Shown piece by piece: positions 1 through 13,423 of a DNA stretch of 64,000 nucleotides; positions within the stretch are counted from its first letter, which is position 1; the number at the start of each line of letters is the position of its first letter. The notes below the pieces were generated by a model. That model was not told the origin of the DNA and did not search any database. It saw only the letters and a program-made list of their open reading frames with translations. The stretch lies in assembly GCA_965637545.1 (NCBI GenBank), contig OZ281499.1, forward strand, positions 4,464,001-4,528,000. The letters are read 5' to 3'. Origin of the DNA: Phallusia mammillata (Eukaryota). The position numbers and the translations under genes are program-made.

Positions 1-851
1 GCCGATATGATTGTCACTTTTGTTGCACAAAATAAATCATTTTCAGCATGACTAAAGTTAACAATGTGTCGCTATAAAATGGTGTTTGTGCCCCACGACC
101 AACTAAGCCACACTGTCAGTATTTGAGACAAGACAGTTACGGTATGCGGTTATGTGCTTAACTTCACCACCTGTGGACAAGAAACTCATTGTAAATGTGA
201 GGTTGAAAAAACTCGAACTCTAAATTAAATTGCTTTAATCTTAACTTTGCTTATTTCGAAAAAACTAAATAGGCTATTACAGCTTAAAACAGGTTTTTAA
301 ACATGTCTTAAGAAAGTTTTTGAAATGCAGACATCGTAAATTATCTCCTTTGTCAGCAAACAAAACCGCTGAAGTTTAAATTAATTTGATGTTTGCTATC
401 CAATGTCCGATTTCGTGACTGTTATTTAGATATTTACCCAGTGTCATGCTGTTAAAGGATAATTTGGAAACAAACAAATTAAGTTCGAAAAAGGCCTCCA
501 AGCATACTATCGCGAGTTTTTCCACCCTGCAAACTAGAAAGAAGGCAAAAGATTACGTAGTCTCTTAATTGCAATACAGGCACTACATTTATTTTGTTAC
601 AATGATATTAGTCAGTTTGTAAGTGAAATGAGTAAACTTTTAGAATAACCTTGTTCACACATTCGTGTCGCAGAAGAATCGGTTTGGGTTTATAAAATAT
701 CAGTTAATTTATTGGTTTGTGTGCTTAACCCTAGCACCTGTGGGTGAGCTCCTCATTGTAAATGTGAGAAGTCACCAAACTCAGTTGAATAAGTTCAAAG
801 TCTAAATACAGCACCAAATTTTGGAAACAGACAAAGAGTTAAGTTTGCAGA

Positions 852-2080
852 ATGAGTTTGTCGTTTGAAAACGTGCTTGATTTGATGAACATAACCCTTA
901 AAGTTGGTGATCAAGATTCTGTAAGTCCAAAGAGATTTTCCGATTTTCAAGGAGCTTTTCGGGACGACCTCGAATCAAGAATTCTACACTATGCACAAAA
1001 AGGACAAACGTTTGCTTTTGATCATCTACAGTTTTACAAAATTGAGATTGGTGATTTAAAAGGCAAACAAGTTCTTCGAATGTTGATATCACTCACAAAC
1101 AACGAAGAGTTGATGAAACCTGGAAATTGTTTCGTGTTCCTTGTCAAAACCGAACCAGATACTTCACTGACTGTGCTTCATAAGTATTGTTTCCAAGCAC
1201 GAGGTGTTTCGGCTGAGTCTGGAGAAGAAAGAGGTTTGTTTGCAAGAGCATTTGATGACAAAACATGTTCCAAGCGTCAAAATAATCCCGAGTTTGTCAA
1301 CTACGATTCACAAACGCTTGAAAAATTTCGCTCCACATTATCTGAGCAATATGAAATATACATGAAAGAGAAAATTTTTAATTTGGAACCAAAATATCGT
1401 CGATTTTTTATTGGTGTTGTGTTCGAAATAGCCAAATGCCACGTGAGACATTGGAAAGTTTACAAACATTTAAAAAACTTTCCAACCTCTTCTCTAATCA
1501 AATTAGCACTTGATAATGAATGCAGTGGAAAGTTGCAGGCTGTTTTCAATGATCACAATTTGGATGAGGACATTGAAAATATTAAAAAACAGGCTGCCAA
1601 CAAAAGCTCAAGCCTAGATGAAGTTCACCAATACAAAGCAAATCTTCGTTTGAAGGGAGCTAAAACAATCATTGATCGGTGAGTAAACAGAATACCAACA
1701 GAAGTTTGTTTAAATATCTAGCTTCCATGTACTAAAAGGTAACGTCAATTAGAGTGTTTGTACATCCAGCACTACTGGCATTGTTTAAACAAAAGACTTT
1801 ATTACAAATGTATATGTGTTTACTTGTGATTATCAATTTGAAATAAGCCTTTTACTTTTCAAAAACAAACATTATACAAAAATCAATGAAATTTAGTTTG
1901 CGGTAAGTTCGCTCATGCAACAAACCGACGTAGACTTTAAAAGAAGCGAATATGCATAAACATGTTTAATTAAATTTCATTTTGTTTTGTCTCAGGATTT
2001 TTCCTCCCAATGCTAATGGAAAATATGATGGTGAAAAAGTGAAACAAGCAGCTGATGAGATAAGGAGATTTTATGAATGA
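852..2080 (+). CDS. Array copy 1, intact, tail A; exons 852-1678 + 1996-2080; 303 aa uncharacterised protein
   Basis: ORF 852-1682; donor CG|GTGAGT at 1679, acceptor CTCAG|G at 1995; splicing adds RIFPPNANGKYDGEKVKQAADEIRRFYE*. Confidence 0.9.
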
Positions 2081-2966
2081 AACATCAAATACGAACATTA
2101 TGATCGTTTTTTGTTTCTTTTTGTGTATATTGTAGAATAGAATCCTGTAGATCAGGTAATAGATGTTTACATTGCATTTAACAATGGCAGCTGAATTCTG
2201 TCTCTGTGTGTACAAATTGTAATTAATAAATTGTTCATTTTGTTACCAATGTGATGTATAAAAACATACTTTCTGTACCCAATTTAAGTTTTGCGAAATG
2301 TTTCTAATTGGTAGTGAAAACCTTTAAACGTTGATCAACAAATCATTTTCAGTATCACTAAATACAGCTATGAATATGGTGGTTGTGACCCACGACCATC
2401 AAAACAATACGGTCGCCATTTAAGACAGGACAGTTACGGTATTTGTTTGTGTGCTTAACCTCAGCACTTGTGGAGAAGGAACTCAGAAGGCAATAAATCA
2501 GGCGAATAGATTCGAAAAGTAATTGCAGTACCGAAATTCAAATGGTAGCAGAATGAGGTTGGAAACTTCCTTTTGTCAACATAAGTTGGTGATCAAGATA
2601 AAGTATACCAAACTATGTTGTGTCGATACAAATCGTTTTAATTTAACTGTTACTGCCATTATGCGTGTAGCGCAATTGGACCTGTACTGATCAAAAACAC
2701 TTGTAAGTTATATTCATAAGACCGATACAACCTTTGTTCGATTTTAACTTAAGCAACAGGGAGCACAGAGCCTACCCCTGTATGTTCAGTATTAAGAGGC
2801 AGATATTGGAAACAAGTACTTAAATAGAGTAAAAACATTAAAGTTGGTGATTACGATTTTGTAGATCTACAGAGATTTCCGGATTTTTTCAGAATGTTAT
2901 TCAAACGCCATTTTAATTCGTTCGTGTACCCGACTACAATCAATACACACCGTATCTATTTAATTT

Positions 2967-3180
2967 ATGACACAACGTTATTTGTGTTGGCCTGTGTGCT
3001 TAATCTTAGCACTTGTTGAAAGGGAACTCAATGTCATTTTGGAAAACCATCAGAATCAGTTGAATAAATTTCAAGCGTATACAAAGTACCAAAACTTGGA
3101 TACAGACAGAAACAGTCAGGTTCTCGACATAACTTTTGAAAACGTTTTGATTTGTTGATGATCAAGATTTTGTCTAAACA
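2967..3180 (+). pseudogene. Degenerate 5' relic of the family (sisters 29712-29942, 50054-50299)
   Basis: Matches conserved upstream block and runs into FENVL..(G)DQDF. Confidence 0.6.
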
Positions 3181-3795
3181 ATAGATTCTAGAATTTTCCT
3201 TTTACATTGCGAATGGATCATGGTCTTAAGTTTGCTTATATTTAAAAAAACTAAATTTTACAGCTTAAAACAGGTTCTTAAACATCCCAGCAGAAGATTT
3301 GGATCTGCAGAAATCGCAAATTATTTCAATTTGTCAGCAAACAAACCCGTTGAAGTTTAAATTAAATTACTGTTTTCTAACCAATGACCGATTAGTAGAC
3401 TTCAAAGGTTTTTTATGTAGTTTAGATATTTACCTAGTGTCACGTTGTTATAGCATAATTTGGAAACAAACGAATTAACTGAGGAAAAGGCCTCGAAGGA
3501 TAATATCGCGTGTTTTTGCACCCTGCAAAATACATAGGAGGCTGTAGCTTACGTAGTCTCTTAATTGCAATACAGGGCACTATATTTATGTTGTTCCATT
3601 ACAACGATATTGGCTATAGTGTATGTGAGTTAACGTTCAGCATAAATTGGCTCATACACTTTTATCGCACATGATTTGGATTTGGTTTATGTTTTAAGAT
3701 CGCTTTTATTCGATTACTCAAAGTTGTGGGTTGTCTGTAAAACATGATTGTTTAATTTATAACAGAAAATTACAGAAAAAAATCGAATTAACACC

Positions 3796-4894
3796 ATGAG
3801 TTTGTCGTTCGAAAACGTGCTTGATTTGTTGAACATAACCATTGAAGTTGGTGATCAAGATTCTGTAAATCCAAACAGATTTTCCGATTTTCAAGGATCT
3901 TTTCGAGACGACCTCAAATCAAGAATTCCACACTTTACAAATCAAGGAAACACATTTGCTTTTGATTATCTAGAGTTTTATAAAATTGAGACTGGTGATT
4001 TGAATGGAAAACAAGTTCTTCGAATGTTGATATCACTCACAAACAACGAAGAGTTGATGAAACCTGGAAATTGCTTCGTGTTTCTTGTCAACAACGAACC
4101 AGATATATCACTGACTGTGCTTCTCAATTATTGGATCGAAGCACGGGGTGTTTTGACTGAACTTGAACACGAAAGAGGTTTGTTTGCAAGAGCATTTTGT
4201 GACAAAACATGTTCTTGGCGCCAAAAGAACCCTGAGTTTGTCGGTTACGATTCGCAAACTCTTGAAAACATTCGCTCCACATTATCCGAACAATATGAGA
4301 CACACATGCAAACGAAGATGGTCGATTTAGAGCCAAAATATCGTCGATTGTTTTTTGGAGTTGTATTCGAAATAGCGAAGAGTCATGTGAGGCATTGGAA
4401 AGTTCACAAACATTTAAAACACTTTCCAACCGCTTCTCTTATTAAATTGGCAATTGATAATGGATGTAGTGGAAAGTTGCAGGCCGTTTTTAACGAACAT
4501 GATACCATGAAAAAATTGTTTAAAGAAATCAGTCATAAGCTTAGTGAAGAAGAAAGACTTTCTATCTACCATGCTCGTAAAGATGAACTGCGAAAAGAAG
4601 GAGCAAAGTTAATTATTGACAAGTAAGTTTGCTATGTTCTGTTGGAAAATGTCACCATTAGTGAAATGCTAAGTATGCAAATCGGGGGTGTGGCACACCT
4701 TAACTGCAAAAATGGCTTTAGAATGTACCAGTTCTTATGCTGTTTTTTCGTATACTACTAACATGAGACACATTGTTTTCGCAAACGCAAATTTCTTTTC
4801 TCATTTCAGAATTTTTCCGCCAACTGCTGAAGGAAAGTACGATAAAAGTGAAGTGACGAAAGTTGCAGATGAGATGAAATCATTTTACTTGTGA
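3796..4894 (+). CDS. Array copy 2, intact, tail B; exons 3796-4622 + 4810-4894; 303 aa
   Basis: Donor AA|GTAAGT 4623, acceptor TTTCAG|A 4809; last exon KIFPPTAEGKYDKSEVTKVADEMKSFYL*. Confidence 0.9.
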
Positions 4895-5461
4895 AAACGC
4901 CGAAAATGTCAAGATACCCGAGAACGTATATTGATCTTTTTCGATTCATTTTATTCCTAAACGTGTAAATCTGTAAATAAATAATGTATAGCTGTTGTCA
5001 GTCTATTGGCATCAAGCAAGTTACAATTGTCCAGAATTTCGACGTAAAATCTGTGTTGAGTATTAATCCTAAACTGGAAACATGTTACACAGCAATATTT
5101 AGTTGCAAAGGCAGCAGGAACAGATTTGGCAGCAGGAACAGACTAGTTTCTGCCAAGCGAAACTGAAGTTACTTGTTCGATTTTCACCTCTGTTCCAAAG
5201 GTCACAAAAGATATTATTTACAAAATGACTGGTGTTAACAATACGCCCGTTACGCAATTGATATTTGTTCGAAATCAAACGATACTGACGCTATTTGATA
5301 AGTAAATTGACAGTTGACGTGGTGGTTTGTGCACTTAACCTTAGAAACTGTGGAGAAGGAGCTCATTGTGAAATCGAGGTGTCATTACAAGCAGTTGAAT
5401 AAATTCAAACTTTAGTTCAGTACCAAAATCTGGAAACAGACAAAAAGAGTTAAGTTCGAGA

Positions 5462-6138
5462 ATGAGTTTGTCGTTTCAAAACGTGCTTGATTTGTTAAAC
5501 ATATCAATTGAAGTTGGTGATCAAGATTCTATAGATCCACAAAGATTTTCAGATTTTAAAGAAGCATTTCGAGAATATCTTCAGAAAGAGTTTTGTACTT
5601 TCGAAGCGAGGGAAGAGAGATTTCTTTTGAAAACTTACAATTTTACAATATTGAGATTGCTGATCTGAATGGAAAACAAGTTCTTCGAATGTTGATAACA
5701 CTTACAAACAACGAAGAGTTGATAAAAGATGGAAATTGCTTTGTGTTTCTTACCAACAACGAACCAGAAATTACACTGACTGTGCTTTGCAGATATTGGA
5801 TTGAGCTACGAACCGTTTTCGCTAAGTCTGATCAAGATAAGGGCAGTTGGCTAAGAGCTTTTGATGACAAAACATGTCAGGAGAAGCTGAACAACTCACT
5901 TTACATTGGGTTGGATGACAAAACTATTGAAGAGTTTCGTTTAACTTTGCCTGAGGAATATTCCAAGTACATGGAGCAAAACATGGCCGATTTGGAACCA
6001 AAATATCGTCGATTGTATTTTGGAATTGCATTCGAAATAGCAAAGTGTCACGTGAAACATTGGCTGGTTTACGAACACTTGAAGGACTTTCCCAGGTCGT
6101 CTCTCATTAAGTTAGTGATTGATAACGGATGCAAATAA
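5462..6138 (+). pseudogene. Array copy 3, frameshifted and 3'-deleted
   Basis: Frameshift near 5590 (ORFs 5462-5668 and 5593-6138); breaks at DNGC and joins C-type downstream flank (gcaaataaaacacgcc); tail and last exon absent. Confidence 0.85.
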
Positions 6139-6312
6139 AACACGCCTTTGTACAAATAAAAAACTCAGTGTAAATCTCTGCTAAAGGGAACTAGTTGGAG
6201 AAGTAAATCAGAACTTTTGGATTGAAGCAACAACAAATTGCGAGAAAGATGTAACGTTAAGGATTTAGTGTACATTGTTTGGAATACGAGACGAAATAAA
6301 TCAGAACCACAA

Positions 6313-6379
6313 GGGAATTCCCCTTTAAGGTGAGAAAGGTTCTCTTGCGTTCCGCCGTTCACGCATCGTTGTGACGTCA
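6313..6379 (+). promoter_or_regulatory. kB palindrome + CRE module
   Basis: GGGAATTCCC 6313-6322; TGACGTCA 6372-6379. Confidence 0.55.
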
Positions 6380-6470
6380 CACTTACTGGACGTACTGCTG
6401 TGTGATGAAACCAAGCAACACAAATCCATGTATGGTAGTGTGTCGGTTTGTTGTGCATCACCCTCTACAC

Positions 6471-6790
6471 CAAGGGCGGGCAACCTTTGTTACTGTTGGG
6501 GCAAATATAATAGCCAAAATTATATCGCGGACCGCACCAGTGTATAACAGAAGGTGGTTTTACTTTGTTGCTTACAAAATATGCTTAACTACAAGTAAAC
6601 TTGGAATTTGATTATTGCCACAAATTGCCTGGTCGCAGAAAAATACCATCGGGCGCTTTGTTCTGCTCAAAATATACATTATAGTTGGACTCGTATTCCA
6701 GTACATTTGAAATCCAAGCGTCTCTGCGGGCTGCACAATCTTTAATCAAGGGCCGCATTTTGCCCGCGGGCCGCAGGTTGCCCACCCCTG
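6471..6790. mobile_element. MITE, hAT-like TIRs
   Basis: Ends caagggcgggcaacc / ggttgcccacccctg; TSD not clear; absent from paralogous spacers. Confidence 0.6.
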
Positions 6791-7067
6791 CTGTTAACCC
6801 ACTCAATACCTTAAATTGCCTTTTGAAGTACCATTTGTGGAGTATTTCATTGTGAAGCGTCATTTTTTCATTTAATAGCCCAACCTGTTACCCCACTACA
6901 CACTTAAAGTAAATTACACATTAAATGTCTAAATTTAATGCGAATTGACTGGTTTTCACCCCGTATAGTATGAATATTTAGGCAGACTATCGATTACCGT
7001 GTTTCACTTCACATCGCAATACCTGGTGAATGCACGAACTTTTCATAATAAGCCGTAGTGTTTATGC

Positions 7068-7282
7068 CAGTAGTTCTCAAACTGTGCGTCGCGACGCCCT
7101 GGTGCGTCGTTTCAATTTTCCAAGGGCGTCGCAGAATAGTTCCGTTTTGCGAGTTTTTGTTGTTGTATCAATAAACACAACTTTAATAATAAGTTTCCTC
7201 ATTAAATTTTATTTGCTGGTCTGTCACAAGTCAAGAAAAACTTGTTCAGGGGCGTCGCAACAGAAAAGTTTGTGAACCACTG
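7068..7282. mobile_element. hAT-type MITE
   Basis: TIRs cagtagttctcaaact / agtttgtgaaccactg; 8-bp TSD gtttatgc / gtttgtgc; empty site gtttatgcaat at ~56151. Confidence 0.85.
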
Positions 7283-7642
7283 GTTTGTGCAATTGCAACA
7301 CATGCTAAGCCACCTTTCTAATAAATTCCTTAATCATTACAAAAGTGTGGCAATCGCGTGACATTAGTTATCTGTGCCACTAGTTTCTGCGAAGAGAAAC
7401 TAAAGTTATCACTTGTTTGATTGTCACCTGTGTTACAAAAGTCGTAAAACGGATCATTTTACGCTTGCCCCATGTTGACAATACGCCGCTACGCGATTGG
7501 TATTTGCGCGAAATTGCCGTAGCGGCTGTGGAGAAGTATCTCATTGTGTGTGTTTGGCACAAGCAGAGTCAGTTAAATAAAATCGAACTCTAAGTACAAT
7601 ACCAAAATTTAAGAAAATAGTCAAAACAGTTAAGTTTGCAGA

Positions 7643-8632
7643 ATGAGCTTGTCGTTGGAAAACGTGCTTGATTTGTTGAACATATCAATTGAAGTTGGTG
7701 ATCAAGATTCTGTAAAGCCACAAAGATTTTCAGAATTTGAAGAAACATTTCGAGAGGATCTTAGGAGAAGAATTTCCTACTTACAAAGCAATGGAAGAAC
7801 GTTTTCATTCGAAAATTTACAATTTTACAAATTTAAGATCGGTGATCTGAAAGGAAAACAAGTTCTTCGAATGTTGATATCACTCACAAACAACGAAGAG
7901 TTGATGAAAGATGGAAATTGCTTCGTGTTTCTTGTCAACAACGAACCAGATATTTCACTGATTGTGCTTTACAGATATTGGATTGAACTACGAGGTACTT
8001 TGACTGAAACGGATAAAGAAAAAGGAAATTGGTTTAAAGCTTTTGATGACAAATTATGTCAGAAAAGGCAAAATAATCCACATTTTGTTGGTTTGGATGA
8101 CGAAACTATTAAAAGAGTTTCGTTCCACTTTGCCTGAGGAATATACAAAATATATGGAGCAAAAAATGGCCAATCTGCAACCAAAATATCGTCGATTGTT
8201 TTTTGGAATTGCATTCGAAATAGCAAAGTGTCACGTAAAAAGTTGGCTGGTTTATGAACACTTAAAAGACTTTCCTAGGTCGTCTCTCATTAGGTTGGCA
8301 ATTGATAATGGATGTAGTGGAAAGTTGCAGGCAGTTTTCAACAACCATTTTTTGGATGTTTCTTGCATTCATAAAAAAACTACACATAGAAATGAACAAA
8401 TTACCAAAAATTCAACAACAGAAAGCCGAATGGCGCAGAGAAGGAGCAAAAGAGATTATTGATTGGTGAGTCAAACTTTTATAAATAGCAAAAAAGTAAC
8501 ACCATCAAGAGCCTATAGTTTGTTTAAACTAGTTTTGTTTGTCATAGGATTTTCCCACCAAATGCCGAAGGTAAATACGATGGTGAAGAAGTGAAAAAGG
8601 CTGCTGACAAGATAAAGAGATTTTATAAATAG
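7643..8632 (+). pseudogene. Array copy 4, tail C, two +1 frameshifts in A-runs; last exon 8548-8632
   Basis: Extra A at ~8111-8114 and ~8406-8410; donor TG|GTGAGT 8466 and acceptor CATAG|G 8547 intact. Confidence 0.85.
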
Positions 8633-9792
8633 TTCACGAATTTAAACCAACTGTACCGAATATTCATGGATATCACAAATTATGTCTTTACTGACAAAAT
8701 AACAACTTATCTGTTACTGACTGTATGCGGATAAAATCGACTTACCGCCATTAAAATTTTGACCATTCAAGATAAAAGCGATTAACGCAACAGTTTATTT
8801 CTACTTATAATTGATTTAACATAGAGAATTAGTTAACTTAAAGCGATATATCAAAATACGTATGACAGAATGCGTTTGCATGCGGTTGACTTTTTTTAGA
8901 CGTATTATATATATATTCCAGCTGTGAACTTTCATTCCTTGTTTTGCTGGCCGTCTGTTGGTGACTTTGTTTGTTTTATTATTTGCTCGTTTGCTGACTC
9001 AGTTTAATTGCTGGTTCTGAATTTTCTTGTGCTTGTGTGTTTTGTACGCTCGTGCGTGTGCGTAAATACACAAAAATTGCATTGTAACTACCTATCAAGG
9101 CAAATAAAACACGCCTTTGTGTAAGTTAAAAAGTCTGCGCAAATCTCTGCTGAGGGGGCCAGTTGAAAAAGAAAAGTAGAGGTTTTGGATTGAAGCAACA
9201 ATAAATTAGGACAAAGAAGTGACTCAAAAAAGGCCTCTGTAGTTTTGAACAAAGAACTACGAAAGAAAAAAAATCACGTCAGAACACTGGCTCCCATTTC
9301 AATCAAAAGAAAAAACCCTTCAACAAGAATACGATTTTTATGTGGTTGGGTTTTCACGCATCACTGTCACGTCATGCATACCAGAGTCACTGGTGTATGA
9401 CATCATGTATACCAGTGGCACTTGTAAGATTAACCTCTGTTACACAGGACCCATGCGAATTATTTTCAGCATGACTAATGATAACGATACGCAGCTATAT
9501 AAAAAGTATTTTCGCCCGTCGTTGTTTGAATTTGCATTAAAATGTTTAAACAAAGTTTCATTTTTGTCACAGGATTTTTACTCCCGCTGGAGTTAACCTT
9601 GTATTTGACATTGACTTGATGAATTGTGTCTATGTGTGTACAAATTATAATGTATAAACTGTACAATTGTAATTAATATGATATTTTATAACATATTCTC
9701 TGCACTTAATTTTAGTCGTATGTTGCGTAATATTTTAATTGGTAGTTACAACTTTTCAACGAGGCACAAGGCCCATTCGAACATAACCACAT

Positions 9793-9817
9793 GGGAATTC
9801 CCCCTTGGCGTGAGTAA
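9793..9817 (+). promoter_or_regulatory. kB palindrome + AP-1-like site ~190 bp upstream of copy 5
   Basis: GGGAATTCCC 9793-9802; TGAGTAA 9811-9817. Confidence 0.5.
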
Positions 9818-9988
9818 GGTTTTGTTGTGTATCGTCACGGAATGGTTTGTGCGGTTAACCTTAGCACACAAGCAGAAGTAAATCATTGTGAAAATCTGGA
9901 GCCACTAAAAACAGAATCAGTTGAATAAAATCGAACTCAAAATACAGCACCAAAGTTTAGAATCATACGAAAGAGTTTATCTTAGAGA

Positions 9989-10945
9989 ATGAGTTTGTCG
10001 TTTGCAAACGTGCTTGATTTGTTAAACATAACAATTGAAGTTGGTGATCAAGATTTTGTAGATCCACAACTATATTTCGAATTTCAAGGAGATTTTAGAG
10101 AATATCTTTAGGGAAGAGTTCCGTATTTTCAAAGCGAGGAAAGAGAGATTTCTTTTAAAAATTTACAATTTTATAAAATTGGCGTTGATCATCTGACCGG
10201 AAAACAAGTTCTTCGAATGTTGATATCACTTACAAACAACGAAAAGTTGATGAAAGATGGAAATTGCTTTGTGTTTCTTACCAACAACGAACCAGATATT
10301 TCACTGATTGTGCTTTACAGATATTGGATTGAAATACGAACCGTTTTGGCTAAATCGAATGAAGATAAAGGAAATTGGCCGAAAGCTTTTGATGACAAAA
10401 CATGTCAGGAGAGGCAAAATGACCCTCGTTATATTGGTTTAAACTACCAAACTATCAAAGAGTTTCGTTCCACTTTGCCTGAGGAATATACAAAATACAT
10501 GGAGCATAACATGGCTGATCTGCAACCAAAATATCGTCGATTGTTTTTTGGAATTGTATTCGAAATAGCAAAGTCTCACGTGAAAAATTGGTTGGTCTGT
10601 GAACACTTGCAAGACTTTCCTAGGTCGTCTCTCATTAAGTTGGCGATTGATAATGGATGTAGTGGAAAACTGCAGGCGGTTTTTAACCACTATTTTTGAG
10701 ATATAACTTTTATTTATGAAGAAACTACCGATAGACAGGAACAAGTTGCCAAAATCGAACAACAGAAAACCGAATGACGCAGAGAAGGAGCAAAGGAGAT
10801 TATTGATGGGTAAGTCTTTTATGTGCACCAAAATGTTGCTAACACCAATAGCCTGTTATTTCTGTAAACTCGTTTTGTCTGTCATCGAAATTTTCGGAAA
10901 ATACGATGGTGAAGAAGTGAAAAAAGCTGCTGACAAGATTCACTT
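9989..10945 (+). pseudogene. Array copy 5, tail C, three in-frame stops, damaged last exon
   Basis: ATG 9989 MSLSFANV; TAG 10109-10111, TGA 10697-10699, further TGA ~10775; donor 10810; acceptor and start of last exon corrupted. Confidence 0.85.
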
Positions 10946-12017
10946 TGCGTCTTTGTTTATTTCATTATGTGCTATTTTGTTTAATTGCTGGTTCTAGATC
11001 TTTTGTGCATGTGCGTGCGTAAATACATGAAATCTGTATTGTAAATAGACATTATTTGAAATGCAAGCAAAACACGTCTTCGTGTGACATAAAATGTTGC
11101 GTAAATCTCTGCTGAGAAGACCGATTGCAGAAAGAAAATTGAGATTTGTGATTGAAGCAACAACAAATTAAGACAAGGAAGTGACGCAACAAGGTCGCAG
11201 TCTCAAACAAATAACTACGGAAACAAATAACTAAGAAAAAAATCTCGCGTCAAAACCCTGGCTTTCATTTTAACCAAAAGGAACAAAAATTCAGTAAGAG
11301 TCAGGTTTTTATGCGGTTGGGTTGTCACGCACGATTGTGAAGTCATGTATACCAGAGTCACTGGTGTGTGGCGTCATGTATACTAGAGTGACTTGCATGA
11401 TTAACCCCTGTTACACAGGACCCATATGAATTTTTTTCAGCATGACTAATATTAACAATACGCCGCTATATATAAAATGGTGTTTGTGCCTCAAGACCAA
11501 CAATGCCAGTATTTGAGATAAGAAAGTTACGGTATTGGTTTGTGTGCTTAAAATTGACAGCTGTGGAGAAGCTAGTCATTGTAATTGTGAGAAAGCAATA
11601 AATCAGTTGAGTAAATTCGAAATCTATTTACGATACCAAAATTCGAAAAACAGACAAAAGAGTTAAGTTTGCAGAATGAGTCGTTTGAAAACGTGCCTGC
11701 TTTGTTTACCATAACCATTGAAGTTGGGGATCAAGTTAAAGTATGCAGCATAATATTGTAATGCCAAGACTCTGTTGTGTCTATACAAACTGTTAGTTCA
11801 ACTGTTCTGTCGATATGCGTGTCGCGTAATTGGACCTGCACTTATTGAAAACACTTGTAAGTGTGTTTGGGTTTATTGGACCGATACAGCTTTTGTTCGA
11901 TTTTAACTTAAGCATCAGGGAGCACAACGTTTCTGCTCCTGTTAGTTGAGTATTATTCCTGAAGTGGACAGTGCAAAACTATATCTAAAATAAAGAGAAA
12001 ACATTCAAAGTTGCGGA

Positions 12018-12838
12018 ATGAATTTGTCGTTTGAAAACGTGCTTGATTTATTAAACATAACCCTTGAAGTTGGTGATCACGATTCTGTAGATTCAAAGAG
12101 ATTTTCCGATTTTCAAGGATTATTCCGAGAAGACCTCGAATCAAGAATTCCACGCCTTCCAAACGCAGGACAAATGTTTTCATTTTCAAGTCTTCAATAT
12201 TACAAAATTGAGATTGGTGATTATAACGGAAAACGAGTTCTTCGAATGTTAATATCACTTACAAACAACGAAGAGTTGATGAAAGATGGAAATTGCTACG
12301 TGTTTCTGGTTAACAACGAACCAGATTCTTCACTGACTGTGCTTCTCAGTTATTGTTTCGAAGCACGAGGTGCATTGGGTGAATCGGGAGAAGAAAGAGG
12401 TTTGTTTGCTAGAGCATTTGATGACAAAAGGTGTTCCCAGCGTCAAATGTATCCAAACTTTGTCGGCTACGATTCACAAACACTTGAAAAATTTCGCTCC
12501 ATATTATCTGAGCAATATGAGATGTACATGAAACAGAAGATGTCCAATTTGAAACCAAAATATCGTCGATTGTTTTTTGGGGTTGTGGTCGAAATAGCAA
12601 AATGTCACGTGAGACATTGGAAAGTTCACACACATTTAAAAAACTTTCCAACCTCTTCTCTTGTCAAATTAGCACTCGACAATGGATGTAGTGGAAAGTT
12701 GCAAGCGGTTTTTAACGACCACAATTTGGATATTTCATCCATTATGAGACAAACAAGGGATAGAGAAGAACAAATTGCGAAAGTCCACAAAGAAAAAGCC
12801 AGATTACGTTTAGAGGGGGCAAAGATCATCATTGACTA
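12018..12838 (+). CDS. Array copy 6, tail D; stop codon formed at the splice junction (273 aa); last exon 12922-13006 would be untranslated
   Basis: Exon ends GAC TA|GTAAGT; acceptor CACAG|G supplies G, giving TAG whether spliced or not. Confidence 0.75.
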
Positions 12839-13361
12839 GTAAGTTAAAGAATTAGACGGGCACAATAAGTGAACCAAATCACATCGAGTATGGTGTGTCT
12901 AAACTTTTCTGTTTAACACAGGATTTTTCCACCGAATGCCGAAGGAAATTATGATAGTGAAAAAGTGAGACAAGTCGCTGATGACATGAAGAAATTTTAT
13001 GAATGAGATATCAAATATTGTACGAACATTTTGTGCTATTAAAGATTACGCTTCAGTTAAATTCTTCCTCTCATTTCGAATTATAGCTAATGAATTATGT
13101 TGTAACTCTCTATATATTATAATGTTGGTGTAGAATTGTGTGTGTAAATACGACACATTTATACTGTAAATAAATGTAACGCTTTTGTAGCAAATAAAAC
13201 ATATTTTCATAGGATTAAAATGTCTTTGTTGAGAGCCAAAGCGATAAAGGGCAATTTGGTAGGGATCCAAACAGTAAAATTCGAAAACTTGCACCAGTTT
13301 CAGATCAAATGCCCTCACAAATATTGTCTCGCATCGAGTATTACTCAACCGTCGCACGAAA

Positions 13362-13423
13362 GGGAATTCCCCATCGGTGTGAGTCAAGTTTTATGGTGTT
13401 GGTCGCGAAATGTTGTGACGTCA
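13362..13423 (+). promoter_or_regulatory. kB + AP-1 + CRE module
   Basis: GGGAATTCCC 13362-13371, TGAGTCA 13380-13386, TGACGTCA 13416-13423. Confidence 0.6.

Noticed and set aside
840-854. TTTGCAG|A just before ATG as an obligatory cis- or trans-splice acceptor
   Set aside because: The AG is absent before the ATG in copies 2, 6, 11, 13, 18, 20 and 21, so it cannot be a general requirement; needs 5' RACE
1443-1470. RHWKVH as a HEPN RxxxxH nuclease motif
   Set aside because: Arg and His are not conserved (KHWLVY, INWKVH, THWKVY in other copies)
2050-2085. CTGATGAG...GAAAC in the last exons resembling a hammerhead core
   Set aside because: Explained by ADE codons and the stop/3' UTR; no G-C closing pair, stem III or cleavage triplet
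10100-10785. TGG>TGA/TAG and CAG>TAG stops (copies 5, 20) as deaminase hypermutation
   Set aside because: Too few events; these transitions are the commonest routes to nonsense codons
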